Positions 9,442 to 19,255 are shown, numbered from the stretch's first letter. The stretch is 44,818 nt of DNA from a bacterium (GCA_963627215.1 CAVGAH010000001.1:1-44818), one strand, 5' to 3'. Notes: generated by a model from the sequence alone, not told the origin. Numbers and translations are program-made.

Positions 9442-10215
9442 TTATTTTATACCGAATATCCTTTTTGCCGTGTTCATCGTCGCCGCTGCAACTTCCTCGA
9501 AAGTCACGCCTTTGAGCTCTGCGATCTTACGCGCTGTATACTCAACAAGTGAAGGGTCGTTTCTTTTTCCTCTGAACGGCTCCGGCGTCAGATAAGGGGA
9601 ATCAGTCTCTATACACATACGGTCGAGCGGTATAGTCTCTATTACAGCCTTCGCCTTTCTGTTCTTGCCGTATGTGACAGGGCCTGCTATCGAAAAGAAG
9701 CAGTTTTCTTCTTTAAGCAGCTGGCGCGCCATTTCTGCGCTGCCCGAATAGCAGTGAAAAAGGACTTTTATGTTATCAAATGCCTTTTCATCCTTTAATA
9801 TATCAACTACATCTCCGTGTGCTTCGCGGTCGTGTATTATTATAGGCTTCCCAAGCTTTATCGCAAGACGTATCTGCTCTCTGAACCAGCGCTGCTGGAC
9901 GTCGTGAGGTGTACGGTCCCAGTAGTAATCGAGGCCTATCTCGCCTATTGCTACTACCTTCGGCTTTTTGGCGAGTTCTTCTATAACTGCGAGCATCTGC
10001 TCATCCATAAAGCATGTTTCCTGTGGGTAATATCCTACAGCGGCGTATATCCAGTCGTATTTCTGTGCAAGCTCAATTGCACCCGTCGATGTTTCGAGGT
10101 CTACGCCCGGGTTTACTACATAAGATATCTTATCAGCATGAATGCGCTCCAGAAGCTCGTCGCGGTCATCTGCGAATTCCTCTGCATCCATGTGTGCATG
10201 AGAATCAAACAGCAT
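9442..10215 (-). CDS. tatD: TatD family metal-dependent hydrolase (YabD-like)
   Basis: 257 aa starting MLFDSHAHMD, with conserved His/Asp/Glu metal ligands. It lies directly downstream of metG, as with B. subtilis metS-yabD. Confidence 0.92.
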   Translation of the reverse strand: MLFDSHAHMDAEEFADDRDELLERIHADKISYVVNPGVDLETSTGAIELAQKYDWIYAAVGYYPQETCFMDEQMLAVIEELAKKPKVVAIGEIGLDYYWDRTPHDVQQRWFREQIRLAIKLGKPIIIHDREAHGDVVDILKDEKAFDNIKVLFHCYSGSAEMARQLLKEENCFFSIAGPVTYGKNRKAKAVIETIPLDRMCIETDSPYLTPEPFRGKRNDPSLVEYTARKIAELKGVTFEEVAAATMNTAKRIFGIK

Positions 10216-10260
10216 AGTTAGCTCCTCCTTTTATATTATATATATATTGTGATGCAAGAA

Positions 10261-10287
10261 GACGGCTGCCGCTGCGCGGCAGCCGTC
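10261..10287 (-). terminator. GC-rich hairpin between metG and tatD (partial terminator?)
   Basis: 12-bp perfect stem GACGGCTGCCGC/GCGGCAGCCGTC with a 3-nt loop. The minus strand continues UCUUCUUGC, a weak U-tract. Confidence 0.5.
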
Positions 10288-10321
10288 AGGCTTTCTATAT
10301 TATCAAATTTTCTTATCTGAC

Positions 10322-12289
10322 TTATCTTACTCCCTCACCTGAAGGTGCATCAGTGGTTACAAACTCAAGCTTATCGCCGTTGTCAGCAAAGAGGATCATT
10401 CCTTCTGACTTTTCACCGCGGAGCTTTGCAGGCTTAAGGTTAGCAACAACTACTACATGCTTTCCTACCATGTCCTCAGGAGTGTAGTGAGCAGCTACGC
10501 CTGAAACTATCTGGCGTACTTCATCTCCGAGCTTTACCTGAGATACGAGCAGCCTGTCAGCCTTAGGATGCTTCTTGCATTCGATTATCTCGCCTACTCT
10601 GAGCTCTACCTTATCGAAATCATCGATAGTTATAGGCTCCTTATGCGCAGGCTTTTCAGTCTCTGCAGCAGGCGCTTCCGGGCCTGCGTCCTTTGCAGCC
10701 TTAGCCTTGGCCTTTGCCATCTGCTCTGCTGTCATAGCTTCAAGCTCAGCTATTTCCTTTTCTATATCGAGACGCGGGAATATAGGATCGCCCTTGTGAA
10801 CGTTCTTTCCTGCCATCTGATCAAATCTTTCTGTGTCTGTCCATCCAAATTCATCGATGCCTGTTCCTATCTGCTCGCAGATCTTTTCTGAAGTATTATG
10901 AAGGAACGGATTTATAAGTATTGAGATTATCTTTATCGATTCAGCAAGGTGATGCATTACTGTATCAAGACGGTCTTTTGAGGCCTCATCCTTTGCGAGC
11001 ACCCATGGAGCAGTTTCATCGATGTACTTATTTGTACGTCTGATAAACTTCCATATTTCTTCCAGAGCGAGGTTGAACGCAAACTTGTCCATGTATTCCT
11101 CAACACGTCCTGCTGTAGTCGTACCCATTTCGATAAGGTCTTCATCCGGGTCTTCGTTGCCGTGAGGCGCAGGAACTGTACCGCCATTGTACTTTTCGAT
11201 CATTGCTACCGTTCTGCTTACGAGGTTTCCGAGGTCGTTAGCGAGGTCGAAGTTCAGTCTGTTGAGCATTACTTCATTTGTGTAAAGTCCGTCCTGACCG
11301 AACGCGTACTCTCTGAGCAGGAAATACTTGAGCGCATCTATGCCGTATCTTTCGATAAGCTTTACAGGATCTACTACGTTTCCTCTTGACTTTGACATCT
11401 TGCCGCCTTCGAGCAGTATCCAGCCGTGGCCGAGAACATGCTGCGGAAGCGGAAGGTCGAGCGACATGAGGATAGCAGGCCATATTATAGAATGGAATCT
11501 TACTATTTCCTTGCCTACAAGGTTTATACCAGGCCAGTACTTGTCAAAGAGCTCTGTATTTTCAGGATAGCCGAGCGCTGTGATATAGTTTGTGAGCGCA
11601 TCGAGCCATACGTATATTACGTGCTTTTCGTCGATAGGAACTTTTATGCCCCAGTCAAATGAAGAACGTGATATGCAAAGGTCTTCGAGTCCCTGCTTTA
11701 CGAAGTTTATCATTTCATTGCGGCGAGCTTCAGGCTGGAGGAAATCAGGATTATTTTCGAGCAGGTCGAGTATGCGGTCCTGATATTTTGACATCTTGAA
11801 GAAGTAAGCTTCTTCCTTTGCCTTTTCTACAGGTCGGCCGCAGTCAGGGCATTTGCCGTCAACTGCCTGTACTTCTGTCCAGAATGATTCGCACGGAGTA
11901 CAGTAAAGACCTTCATACTCGCTCTTGTAGATGTCGCCTTTTGCGTGCATCTTCATGAATATGTCCTGTACGCGCTTTACGTGTCTTGGTTCTGTTGTAC
12001 GGATGAAGTCATCATATGAGATCTCCATAGTATCCCATAATTTCTTTATTCTTCCTACTACCTCATCTACGTATTCCTGCGGAGTAACGCCGTTCTGGTC
12101 TGCGATTTTCTGAATCTTCTGACCGTGTTCGTCTGTTCCTGTGAGGAAACGTACGTCATAACCTGTTGCGCGTTTGAATCTCGCCATTGCGTCTGCCATT
12201 ACCGTGCAGTAAGTGTGACCTATGTGAAGATCAGCGCTTGGGTAGTATATAGGGGTCGTTATATAAAATGTTTTCTTGTCTGCTGACAC
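10322..12289 (-). CDS. metG: methionine--tRNA ligase with C-terminal tRNA-binding domain
   Basis: 655 aa. GTG start with AAGGAG 9 nt upstream. HIGH motif (DLHIGHTY), KMSKS (GKMSKSRG), CPDCG zinc knuckle, and a Trbp111/EMAP-like C-terminal domain. Confidence 0.96.
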   Translation of the reverse strand: MSADKKTFYITTPIYYPSADLHIGHTYCTVMADAMARFKRATGYDVRFLTGTDEHGQKIQKIADQNGVTPQEYVDEVVGRIKKLWDTMEISYDDFIRTTEPRHVKRVQDIFMKMHAKGDIYKSEYEGLYCTPCESFWTEVQAVDGKCPDCGRPVEKAKEEAYFFKMSKYQDRILDLLENNPDFLQPEARRNEMINFVKQGLEDLCISRSSFDWGIKVPIDEKHVIYVWLDALTNYITALGYPENTELFDKYWPGINLVGKEIVRFHSIIWPAILMSLDLPLPQHVLGHGWILLEGGKMSKSRGNVVDPVKLIERYGIDALKYFLLREYAFGQDGLYTNEVMLNRLNFDLANDLGNLVSRTVAMIEKYNGGTVPAPHGNEDPDEDLIEMGTTTAGRVEEYMDKFAFNLALEEIWKFIRRTNKYIDETAPWVLAKDEASKDRLDTVMHHLAESIKIISILINPFLHNTSEKICEQIGTGIDEFGWTDTERFDQMAGKNVHKGDPIFPRLDIEKEIAELEAMTAEQMAKAKAKAAKDAGPEAPAAETEKPAHKEPITIDDFDKVELRVGEIIECKKHPKADRLLVSQVKLGDEVRQIVSGVAAHYTPEDMVGKHVVVVANLKPAKLRGEKSEGMILFADNGDKLEFVTTDAPSGEGVR

Positions 12290-12334
12290 CTTATTCAGCT
12301 CCTTTCATAACTTTGTCTATTAATAATATATTGA

Positions 12335-13285
12335 TCAATTCAGTTTACTGTTATCCTGCGCTGTTATTTCAGCGCATTCCTTGATGAATGCTACAGCCTT
12401 TACCATGCGGAGGTCTGATGTGAGGGCGTCAACGTGGTCGTCGCCTAACTTTTCTTTTATGTCCTCAGGTGTAGTTCTGAACTGGTCTGCCATGAGCTGT
12501 ACACGTTCCTCGATGTCTGCCTGAGTAACCTGAAGGTCTTCTGTGCGGGCGATCGCTTCGAGGACGAGTCTTGCCTTTATACCGTTTTCAGCCTTTGGCT
12601 CGAGCTGCTTGCTGAGCTGTGCTTCTGTGAGGCCTGTAGCGCTGAAGTACTGATCAGGGTCGATGCCGCGCTGTCTCATAGCCATCTTCCATTCGTTTAC
12701 GAGGCTTGCTGTTTCTGCGATTATCTCGTCTTCAGGAACTTCTACTTCTGAGTCGGCTACTACTGCGTTTATGAGCGCCTGCTCGAGCTGGATCTCGTTC
12801 TGAGTCGCTTTCTGCTCCTCGAGCTTTTCTCTGAGGTCTTTTCTTACATTATCGTCGAGTACAGGGACATGGACTTCTTCGATCTTGTTGATCTTTACCT
12901 TGAACAGTGCGTCCTTGCCTGCGAGTGCAGGAGCGCCGTAATCTTCAGGGAATGTAACATTAACGTCTATCTCATCGCCGACAGAACCGCCGACAAGCTG
13001 TTCCTCAAAGCCCGGGATGAATGTTCCTGAACCTATTTCGAGCGGATAGTTGTTTCCGCTTCCTCCTTCGAATTTTTCTCCGTCAGCATAGCCTGTAAAG
13101 TCGATATTAGCAACGTCGCCGTTCTTCACCGGTCTGTCCTTTACTTCTATTCTCTGAGCAAAAACTCTTGCCTGCTGGTCATAAAGCTTTTCGAGTTCTT
13201 CGTCAGTTACTGCTGATGAAGGTCTTACTGCTTTCAGGCCCTTATACTGACCGAGAGTTACCTTGAACTTTGATTCATTTGACAT
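12335..13285 (-). CDS. trigger-factor-like chaperone lacking the N-terminal ribosome-binding domain (FKBP PPIase plus TF C-terminal domain)
   Basis: I chose the ATG at 13285, preceded by AGGAGG. The NIDFTGYADGEKFEGGSG...IPGFEEQLVG stretch aligns with the TF PPIase domain, followed by a TF C-domain-like helical region. No GFRxGxxP ribosome-docking signature is present. Confidence 0.8.
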   Translation of the reverse strand: MSNESKFKVTLGQYKGLKAVRPSSAVTDEELEKLYDQQARVFAQRIEVKDRPVKNGDVANIDFTGYADGEKFEGGSGNNYPLEIGSGTFIPGFEEQLVGGSVGDEIDVNVTFPEDYGAPALAGKDALFKVKINKIEEVHVPVLDDNVRKDLREKLEEQKATQNEIQLEQALINAVVADSEVEVPEDEIIAETASLVNEWKMAMRQRGIDPDQYFSATGLTEAQLSKQLEPKAENGIKARLVLEAIARTEDLQVTQADIEERVQLMADQFRTTPEDIKEKLGDDHVDALTSDLRMVKAVAFIKECAEITAQDNSKLN

Positions 13286-13330
13286 TTCTGTTATCCTCCT
13301 GAAATTATCGATTAATATATACCTTTTAAG

Positions 13331-13436
13331 TACAGGACGCCTCTTGTTGCCTGCAAAATATACGTAACGCTCCATTTACATGAAGTTCAATTACGCTTAT
13401 CAGCATATTCTCCGGCATAATATGGCGTCTTTTTGT
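13331..13436 (-). promoter_or_regulatory. conserved leader element, copy A (upstream of the trigger-factor paralog)
   Basis: The 13331-13373 block is about 90 percent identical to 28822-28863. Further shared blocks are GAAnTTCAAyTACGCT and GGCGTCTTTTTGT. In the minus sense the flanks GACGCC...GGCGTC can pair and enclose smaller hairpins. Confidence 0.55.
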
Positions 13437-13551
13437 AAAAAACATGTATTACCATGTATTACAATGATATATAATTTTATATTATACTATGAAACTGCGG
13501 CTTTCTGAAACCAATAATAAAAACATATGAAAAAGTTCTACGATTTTTGAC

Positions 13552-13582
13552 AAAATAAAAAACAGCCGATGGCCGCGGCTGT
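13552..13582 (-). terminator. intrinsic terminator downstream of the LuxR/MalT-like gene
   Basis: 7-bp stem ACAGCCG/CGGCTGT. On the minus strand it is followed by UUUUUAUUUU. Confidence 0.7.
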
Positions 13583-13801
13583 TTTCAGGGGACGGGATAG
13601 GAAAAATATTCCGTCGAGTTATATGTTAAGAGTGAGTGAATACGCGTAATGAGATTTTTTCGGACATCAGGTCTTTAACTCCTTATGTCCTCTCCTTACA
13701 ATACACATTATACGCAGATCTTACAATCAGTACATGGTCCAAAAAGTACACTTTAGGACAGGCATGCCTCCTGTCCTTGATTTTCAAACGTTTCAGAAAT
13801 A

Positions 13802-16348
13802 TTACCTTCTGGTTATTTTTTTGTATGCAGCTATTGCATCTGCTTTCTTATTCACACCCAGCTTTTCATATGCTGCCGCTGTATGTTTTTTTACTGTTGA
13901 CATCGATACGTAAAGTATCTTGCCGATCGCCTCTGCTGTAAATCCATCGCATACGAGATCCATTACCTCGCACTCTCGCTTTGTGAGCTGGTTTACAGGT
14001 TTATGGCTGCGGCGAAATACTTCTTTTGATTCAAGATACTTTTCTGCGAGGGCTTTCACCGTTTTGGCGGCTGGGACGCCGGTCACTTCGAGTATCGATA
14101 TTATTTCATTCGTATTTTCTGCGAGCGTTACATAGCATCCGTCATACTCAGCCATTTCCAGCGCATCCTTCATAAGATACGATGCTTCGTTCATTCCCTT
14201 CAGATGGAATGTTGATATCGATCTGTATACTTTTGCGATCATTACGCCTGTCAGGTTTTTTCTGAAAGTGTATATTTCTTCCATTTTATGGCTTATTTCG
14301 TCAAGCTGCTTGTAGTCGCCCCTTTCGCACGCTATCTTGCCCATTATCAAATAAGCCGTATCCCGCGCAGGCGCCATGAGCTTTACCTTATTTATGTCTC
14401 CTTCGAGCAACCATTTAGGTATAAGGTCGGTCTTGCCCATATAGCCGAATACATATCCCAGAATAAACTCATAGCACGCCATCATAGCCTGGCTGCCGTC
14501 CTTTTCTACTTCTTCCATCATCTGCATGAGGATCTCGTTAACTTCTCTCACTTTTCCTGAGAAAAGCGCCATTCTGAGCAGCAGGAAAGATGCTGAAAGT
14601 ATTATTCCACACTGATTCTTTGTCTGAGCCTTGTATACCGCTTTATATGCCTTCATTTCAGCCTTGTCGAAATTACCCTGCATATATTCGTACTCTGCGC
14701 GGATAAGATCTTCCATGCCCGCGCCGCAGCCGTTGGCTATATGATTGAATATCCAGAAGCGGTCTTCCATAAGCTCTACTATTTCCTTCATATCACCCGG
14801 CTCCTTGTGATAAAGGAACATAGTGAGCGGCACACCGAATGTTATAACTACATCAGCGTTGAATATGCGGGACTTCCCGCCATCGAAATAGTTATTTGCA
14901 CGCTCGTAGCACTCAAACATCTTTTTTATGTCGTTGAATGCGCCTATACTTTCTATGAGCGCGATCTCGCCGAAAATCTGGTTTCTGTCCTCAAGATCGC
15001 GTACCTTCTCGTAATACGCCTTGACATCGCTGAGCATCTTCATGCCTTCTTTGACATCTATTACTGTACTGTACGAGTAGATGTACGTAAGGTATGCTAT
15101 AGGGTTTGAGTAGCGTTCATATATGCTCATTTTATCAAAAGCCTGCCGTATTACGTTTGGTGCCATGTTCATGAGCTTGACTGCTGCAGGCTCAGACATG
15201 ATCTCAAGTATGCGTCTGTTGTCAGAGCACATCGTATATGCGCTTATGGCATTTATGCGCTCGCCGACTGCAAGATACCAGTCACCCTGCAGTTCATATA
15301 TTATATTTTCATCTATATCTGATTTTTCGAATTCCTGTGACAGAAAATCCCTTAATACTGCGTGGAAGCTGTATATTCCGGCATCTTCGTCATATTTTGT
15401 AAAGCAGTTATAGTCATAAAGGCGCTTAAGTATGCTCCTTATGCTTCTGTCCTTTGTTATATACTCGGCCTGGTCGAGCGTAAAATTAGATATTTTTGAT
15501 AATATCAATAACGAATGCTTCGTTCCTGAATCAAGTCCATTGTAAAATGCCGTTCTTATCAGTTCCTCACCACTGTCCATCATGCTGAGGCTCTGCCCAT
15601 TCATGTAATGCATAAGAGCCAAATAAAGAGCCGATGCCCATCCTTCTGTCTTTTCGTAGAGTATATCTACATCGGTATCTGTGAGCGGCGCATCGTTGAG
15701 TATGAAAAAGTCTTCGCATTCTATCTTTGAAAATTCAAAGTTACGTGACGTCATCATTTTTGCTTTGCCGGCGTCAACAAGCGTGTAGGCATTTTCAAGC
15801 GGCTCTTTCCTGGATATTAGTACTATATGCAGCATCGGGATATTAGCCGCTGCCACCTTTTCTATAACACCCTTTAGCAGCTTGCTGTCACAAAGATGTA
15901 CATCGTCAAGGACAACTACAGTCTCTGTTTCCATTGCAGTGCTGATGGAATGTATAAGGCGCTCCATATCGAGCGCACTTTGCGGTATACCGTATTTCAG
16001 CATTTTTCTGCCAAGCTGAACATTAGTTTTTTCAAGCGTTTTGCAGAATCTTACCCACAGCCAGATGTCCTCTGTCATGTCCTTTTCAAACGAGAACCAT
16101 ACGTATTTTATCTTTCTTTTTTTGCGCAGGAATTCGCGCACTGCTGTAGTTTTACCTGAACCCATGCCTGATATAACGAAAAACAGCGGTGTGGTAAATA
16201 TACCTTCCAGTTTTTTCTTGACGTGTCCGCGGTGGAGGATCTTAGGCTTCATGAGCATCCCGAGCTCATTTCTTTTTTTCGCAGCTACAGGGATGTCCTT
16301 CATGTCCGTGATCTCAGCCATTTGCAGCATTTCATCTATTTTATTCAT
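13802..16348 (-). CDS. MalT-like STAND ATPase / LuxR-family transcriptional regulator
   Basis: 848 aa with Walker A GMGSGKTT, Walker B VVVLDDVH, a long helical-repeat middle region and a C-terminal LuxR/GerE HTH (LTKRECEVMDLVCDGFTAEAIGKILYVSMSTVKKH). Its ATG overlaps the wecB stop by 8 nt, and GGAGGA lies upstream. Confidence 0.88.
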   Translation of the reverse strand: MNKIDEMLQMAEITDMKDIPVAAKKRNELGMLMKPKILHRGHVKKKLEGIFTTPLFFVISGMGSGKTTAVREFLRKKRKIKYVWFSFEKDMTEDIWLWVRFCKTLEKTNVQLGRKMLKYGIPQSALDMERLIHSISTAMETETVVVLDDVHLCDSKLLKGVIEKVAAANIPMLHIVLISRKEPLENAYTLVDAGKAKMMTSRNFEFSKIECEDFFILNDAPLTDTDVDILYEKTEGWASALYLALMHYMNGQSLSMMDSGEELIRTAFYNGLDSGTKHSLLILSKISNFTLDQAEYITKDRSIRSILKRLYDYNCFTKYDEDAGIYSFHAVLRDFLSQEFEKSDIDENIIYELQGDWYLAVGERINAISAYTMCSDNRRILEIMSEPAAVKLMNMAPNVIRQAFDKMSIYERYSNPIAYLTYIYSYSTVIDVKEGMKMLSDVKAYYEKVRDLEDRNQIFGEIALIESIGAFNDIKKMFECYERANNYFDGGKSRIFNADVVITFGVPLTMFLYHKEPGDMKEIVELMEDRFWIFNHIANGCGAGMEDLIRAEYEYMQGNFDKAEMKAYKAVYKAQTKNQCGIILSASFLLLRMALFSGKVREVNEILMQMMEEVEKDGSQAMMACYEFILGYVFGYMGKTDLIPKWLLEGDINKVKLMAPARDTAYLIMGKIACERGDYKQLDEISHKMEEIYTFRKNLTGVMIAKVYRSISTFHLKGMNEASYLMKDALEMAEYDGCYVTLAENTNEIISILEVTGVPAAKTVKALAEKYLESKEVFRRSHKPVNQLTKRECEVMDLVCDGFTAEAIGKILYVSMSTVKKHTAAAYEKLGVNKKADAIAAYKKITRR

Positions 16349-17471
16349 TTATGGCTTCCTCCGGCCATTTCATATTTTTGAGAGCTTCTATTATCTTATC
16401 GCATGCGTGACCGTCACCGTAAGGGTTCTCTGCGTGAGCCATAGCATCATACGCAGACTTGTCCGTAAGGAGCTCTCTTGCCATCGCTGCAATAGTTGCC
16501 TGTTCAACTCCTGCGAGCTTTACAGTGCCTGCTGCGAGAGCTTCAGGTCTTTCTGTCTCACGGCGTACTACGAGTACAGGCTTTCCGAGCGACGGAGCTT
16601 CCTCCTGCATGCCGCCTGAATCCGTAATTATAAAATATGACCTAGCCATAAGGTTTACGAACGGCTGATAGCTCAGCGGATCTATAAGGTGAACGTTATC
16701 GCAGCCGCTGAGGATATCGTTTGCAGTCGAGCGTACCTTAGGGTTCAGATGTACAGGGTAAACTACCTCTACATCGTCAAATTCCTCTGCTATTTCTCTT
16801 ATAGCTGAGAATATGTGTACCATATATTCGCCGAGGTTTTCGCGTCTGTGGCATGTTACAGCGATAACGCGCTTGTTTTCGAAATCTATATTTTTAAGTG
16901 TCTCGTCTTCAAATTCATACGGCTTGCCTGCTACCTCGAGGAGCGCATCTACTACAGTGTTGCCTGTTATGGCTATCCTGTCCTCAGGAATGCCCTCTCT
17001 CATAAGGTTATCACGATTGCGCTCTGTAGGTGCAAAGTGGATAGCTGCCATATGTCCTGTGAGGACTCTGTTGACCTCTTCAGGGAACGGAGAATACATA
17101 TCATAAGTTCTGAGACCCGCCTCAACATGACCTACAGGTATTTTCCGGTAAAACGCTGCCAGTGCAGCAGAGAATGTAGTGCTCGTATCGCCATGAACGA
17201 GAACGATGTCAGGTCTTTCCTTTATAAGGACTTCTTCCATTCCTGTCAGTACATTTGCAGTTATCATAGCAAGTGTCTGATTTGGTTTCATTATATTAAG
17301 GTCGTAATCAGGTGTAAGCTCGAAAAGCTCAAGCACCTGGTCAAGCATTTCTCTGTGCTGTGCAGTAACACAGAGTACTGACTCTATATCAGGGTCTGCG
17401 TTCAGCTTTTTTACGAGCGGCGCCATTTTTATTGCTTCGGGACGCGTTCCGAAAACTGACATTACTTTCAT
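16341..17471 (-). CDS. mnaA: UDP-N-acetylglucosamine 2-epimerase (non-hydrolysing)
   Basis: 376 aa with GHVEAGLRTYD and TDSGGMQEEAPSLGKPVLV motifs of the WecB/MnaA family. Confidence 0.95.
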   Translation of the reverse strand: MKVMSVFGTRPEAIKMAPLVKKLNADPDIESVLCVTAQHREMLDQVLELFELTPDYDLNIMKPNQTLAMITANVLTGMEEVLIKERPDIVLVHGDTSTTFSAALAAFYRKIPVGHVEAGLRTYDMYSPFPEEVNRVLTGHMAAIHFAPTERNRDNLMREGIPEDRIAITGNTVVDALLEVAGKPYEFEDETLKNIDFENKRVIAVTCHRRENLGEYMVHIFSAIREIAEEFDDVEVVYPVHLNPKVRSTANDILSGCDNVHLIDPLSYQPFVNLMARSYFIITDSGGMQEEAPSLGKPVLVVRRETERPEALAAGTVKLAGVEQATIAAMARELLTDKSAYDAMAHAENPYGDGHACDKIIEALKNMKWPEEAINE

Positions 17472-17508
17472 TTATATATTCCCTCTTTCTTATATTTTAT
17501 GAATTTCC

Positions 17509-18654
17509 TTACTCTTTATGATCGTGTTCATGATGCTCATGATGCTCATGCAGCTCATGCAGCAGATGATGCTCATGCGAATTATTTTCATCATTAAGTA
17601 TATTTTCCGGCAGGCCTTCGCGCATTATTTCCTTCATCGTAGTATGGTCTGCGATGAATACGCATACAAGGACTGCAGCGACAACGCTGAGGACTGCGGC
17701 CTCGACCCATACACGCTGTACTACGAGCACGGCTACCATGCCCATTATTGCGCTTATGCAGTACATGATGAGCACTGTACGGCGCTGTCCAATGCCTGTG
17801 TTCATTATCCTGTGATGCAGGTGACCCTTGTCAGCAGTCATGATAGGGCAGCCGTTTACCCAGCGTCTGATTATCGCAAAGGCTGTATCAAATATCGGCA
17901 GTCCGAGAACGAGGAAGGGAACGAGCGTTGCTATGAGCGTTGCTCCCTTAGTTGAGCCGAATATCGATATTACCGCTATCATAAATCCCAGATACAATGA
18001 CCCGCTGTCTCCCATGAATATCTTCGCAGGGTGGAAATTGAACGGCAGGAATCCGAGTGTAGAGCCGGTAACAGCCAACATAGCTATCGCTACAGTGTAC
18101 TGACCGCTCAGATATGCCGAATACGCTATACAGGCAGATGCTATGCATGAAACGCCTGCAGCCAGTCCGTCAAGGCCGTCTATCAGGTTTACAGTATTTG
18201 TCAGGCCTACTACCCATATCACTGTTATCACGAAGCTTACCGGTCCGGGGAACCATATATATTCTTCAACTCCTGAAAAATAGTTTGCAGGGTTCTTTAT
18301 AAAGTCGATCTTTATGCCTCCGGCATATATTACTGCCGCGCATACCATCTGCAGCAGAAATTTTACTTTTGGCGGCAGTCCCTTAAGGTCGTCCACAACT
18401 CCGACGGCATATATAAGAAGTCCGCCGAGCAGTATGACGAGCGCTTTAGGGTCTTTATGAAGGAATATCGCTATACCTGCCTCGCACGCCAGAAATATCG
18501 CCAGCCCGCCAAAGCGAGGCATCGGCTTTGAATGCATCCTTCGTTTGTCTTTTGGTACGTCCATTGCGCCGATCTTTGGCGCAAGCTTTATAGCGAGCGG
18601 CGTAGCCGCGAGCGCTATCACAAAGGTCACTATGGCCATCAAAATATACTTCAT
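17509..18654 (-). CDS. tagO: undecaprenyl-phosphate GlcNAc-1-phosphate transferase (TagO/WecA, MraY-like GT4) with His-rich C-terminal tail
   Basis: 381 aa polytopic membrane protein with NTVNLIDGLDGLAAG and IFMGDSGSLYLG motifs. The C-terminus is SHEHHLLHELHEHHEHHEHDHKE. Confidence 0.92.
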   Translation of the reverse strand: MKYILMAIVTFVIALAATPLAIKLAPKIGAMDVPKDKRRMHSKPMPRFGGLAIFLACEAGIAIFLHKDPKALVILLGGLLIYAVGVVDDLKGLPPKVKFLLQMVCAAVIYAGGIKIDFIKNPANYFSGVEEYIWFPGPVSFVITVIWVVGLTNTVNLIDGLDGLAAGVSCIASACIAYSAYLSGQYTVAIAMLAVTGSTLGFLPFNFHPAKIFMGDSGSLYLGFMIAVISIFGSTKGATLIATLVPFLVLGLPIFDTAFAIIRRWVNGCPIMTADKGHLHHRIMNTGIGQRRTVLIMYCISAIMGMVAVLVVQRVWVEAAVLSVVAAVLVCVFIADHTTMKEIMREGLPENILNDENNSHEHHLLHELHEHHEHHEHDHKE

Positions 18655-18730
18655 ATCGTTTGCTCCTTTAATCCCTATCCTTATCCTGTGTTTTTACCCT
18701 TTGTATTTTTACATCCTGTACTGTATCACT

Positions 18731-19255
18731 TTACTCTGCCTGATCAGGACAGACTTCGCTTTCACCGCCATCGCCGGCTTCGCTTATTTCATCTATGAGT
18801 TCCATAGTTATTCCTGCTTCCTCAAGCATCTGCTCTGCATAAACGTCGGGATACCCCTCTTTTATAACTATCCTTTTTACTCCGGCGTTTATAAGCATCT
18901 TGGCGCACAGTATGCACGGCTGATTCGTGCAGTACAACGTACTGTCGTCTATAGACACGCCGAGATAAGCAGCCTGAACTATAGCGTTCTGTTCTGCATG
19001 GATGCCTCTGCACAGCTCATGCCTCTCGCCTGACGGCACGCCCAGCTCTTCTCTGAGGCAGCCGCGCTTTCCGCAATGCTCTATGCCTGACGGTACGCCG
19101 TTATAGCCTGTAGCCAGTATACGATTGTCCTTTACTATGACTGCTCCGACGTGACGCCTTTTGCATGTAGACCTCTTTTTAGTCACCTCGGCTATTTCCA
19201 TGAAATACTCATCCCAGCCCGGTCTGTCGGCTGCTTTTATAACTTTTTCTCCCAT
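18731..19255 (-). CDS. dCMP deaminase (ComEB family)
   Basis: Zinc motifs HAEQNA and PCILCAK. I chose the ATG at 19255 (AAAGGTGGA upstream) over the 39-codon extension that would overlap truA. Confidence 0.88.
   Translation of the reverse strand: MGEKVIKAADRPGWDEYFMEIAEVTKKRSTCKRRHVGAVIVKDNRILATGYNGVPSGIEHCGKRGCLREELGVPSGERHELCRGIHAEQNAIVQAAYLGVSIDDSTLYCTNQPCILCAKMLINAGVKRIVIKEGYPDVYAEQMLEEAGITMELIDEISEAGDGGESEVCPDQAE

Noticed and set aside
13585-13801. About 215 nt between the LuxR-type gene stop and its terminator, with hairpins (13589-13613, 13757-13779), a minus-strand TATAAT and 13-codon mini-ORFs
   Set aside because: No convincing -35 element and no conserved-looking ORF are present. 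It is most simply a structured 3' UTR, and evidence for an independent sRNA is insufficient.
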